A DNA stretch of 24,000 bases, from assembly GCF_036311985.1 (NCBI RefSeq), contig NZ_JAZDCJ010000028.1. One strand, written 5' to 3'. This DNA comes from Zafaria sp. J156. Lineage in GTDB: Bacteria; Actinomycetota; Actinomycetes; Actinomycetales; Micrococcaceae. Within the stretch, counting starts at the first letter, position 1; the number at the start of each line of letters is the position of its first letter. This document shows positions 23,247 through 24,000 of the stretch, in pieces. Below the pieces are notes generated by a model, which saw nothing but the letters and a program-made list of their open reading frames with translations, did not search any database and was not told where the DNA came from. Made by a program: the position numbers and the translations under genes.

Positions 23247-24000
23247 GCATTACCTCCGTCATTCTCGGTGCCTTCGGTGCCGTGGCCGGCGTCGTCCGCG
23301 GCCTCCGCTGGGGATCCCGCGGTACCTGCCGGGGCTTCCTGCGACGGACCGCTGCCGACGGCGTCCCGGGCTTGATCTGCATCCAACGGTACTGCATCGT
23401 CCTCGGGCTCGGCCGCCAGGCCGCGTTCGGTGTTCCTCGCCACGGCGATGATCCGGTCCTTCTTGTCCGGCTTCGCGAAGATCACGCCCATGGTGTCGCG
23501 GCCCTTCGCCGGCACCTGGGTCACGGCGGAGCGGACCACCTTTCCGCCCTCCATGACGACGAGGACCTCGTCCTCCTCCTGCACGATCAGCGCGCCGACG
23601 AGGTGCCCCCGGTCCTCGGCGAACTTGCCGACCTTGATGCCGAGGCCGCCGCGTCCCTGCACGCGGTACTCCTCCACGGAGCTGCGCTTCGCATAGCCGC
23701 CGTCGGTGACGATGAAGGAGTAGGAGCCCTCGGTCACGACGTCGGCGCTGAGCAGTTCGTCGTCTCCGCGGAACTTCATGCCCGTCACGCCGCTCGTCGC
23801 GCGGCCCATCGGGCGCAGCGCCTCGTCGGTCGCGGTGAAGCGGACCGACTGGCCGTTGCGGGAGACCAGCATGAGGTCGTCCGTCTCGGAAACGAGCTGC
23901 GCCGAGACGAGCTCGTCGCCCTCGCGCAGGTTGATCGCGATGACACCGGCCGAGCGGTTGGTGTCGTAGTCCGCGAGCCGGGTCTTCTTGACGAGGCCGT
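23243..24000 (-). CDS. gyrA: DNA gyrase subunit A, C-terminal domain (5' part outside the window)
   Basis: The frame stays open to the window edge ([36 protein letters not shown]...). Beta-pinwheel repeats ([21 protein letters not shown]), then an acidic tail. Stop TGA at 23243-23245. Confidence 0.95.
   Translation of the reverse strand, partial: GLVKKTRLADYDTNRSAGVIAINLREGDELVSAQLVSETDDLMLVSRNGQSVRFTATDEALRPMGRATSGVTGMKFRGDDELLSADVVTEGSYSFIVTDGGYAKRSSVEEYRVQGRGGLGIKVGKFAEDRGHLVGALIVQEEDEVLVVMEGGKVVRSAVTQVPAKGRDTMGVIFAKPDKKDRIIAVARNTERGLAAEPEDDAVPLDADQARDAVGSGPSQEAPAGTAGSPAEAADDAGHGTEGTENDGGNA

Overview
High-GC actinobacterial chromosome. The gene order looks Micrococcales-like, but I cannot name the species. 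This is the conserved origin-proximal core region, read here towards gyrA. On the + strand is the cell-wall and Ser/Thr-phosphosignalling operon fhaA(partial)-fhaB-pstP-rodA-pbpA-pknA-pknB, with four start/stop codon overlaps. It is followed by pabA/trpG, a tiny membrane peptide and a class E sortase (all -), then crgA (+). Next comes a small block that looks accessory: a Gdx/SugE exporter behind a guanidine-III (ykkC-III) riboswitch, a DUF3817 protein, a DinB-family protein, an NmrA/SDR-like protein, a divergent ArgP-LysE/ArgO pair, an SRPBCC protein and a tandem-GNAT acetyltransferase. After that there is a 580-bp lower-GC intergenic region, then a rhomboid protease, ppiA, a repeat-rich membrane-anchored protein, a GT2 glycosyltransferase and an EamA transporter. 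The window ends with tRNA-Ala, a 38-aa ORF, tRNA-Ile, a DUF3566 protein and the 3' end of gyrA. I see no CRISPR array, transposase, phage gene or recognisable defence system. The most unusual signal is the 16956-17535 intergenic region. It holds a diverged duplication of a composite module carrying three perfect and several near-perfect DnaA boxes, well away from where oriC is expected. Other points worth a look: the probably unannotated riboswitch, two very small ORFs missing from the ORF track, a pentanucleotide microsatellite in a 5' region, PASTA repeats on the pknA-position kinase, and an apolipoprotein-like 11-mer repeat protein. Most long ORFs in the track are antisense or off-frame artefacts of high GC content.
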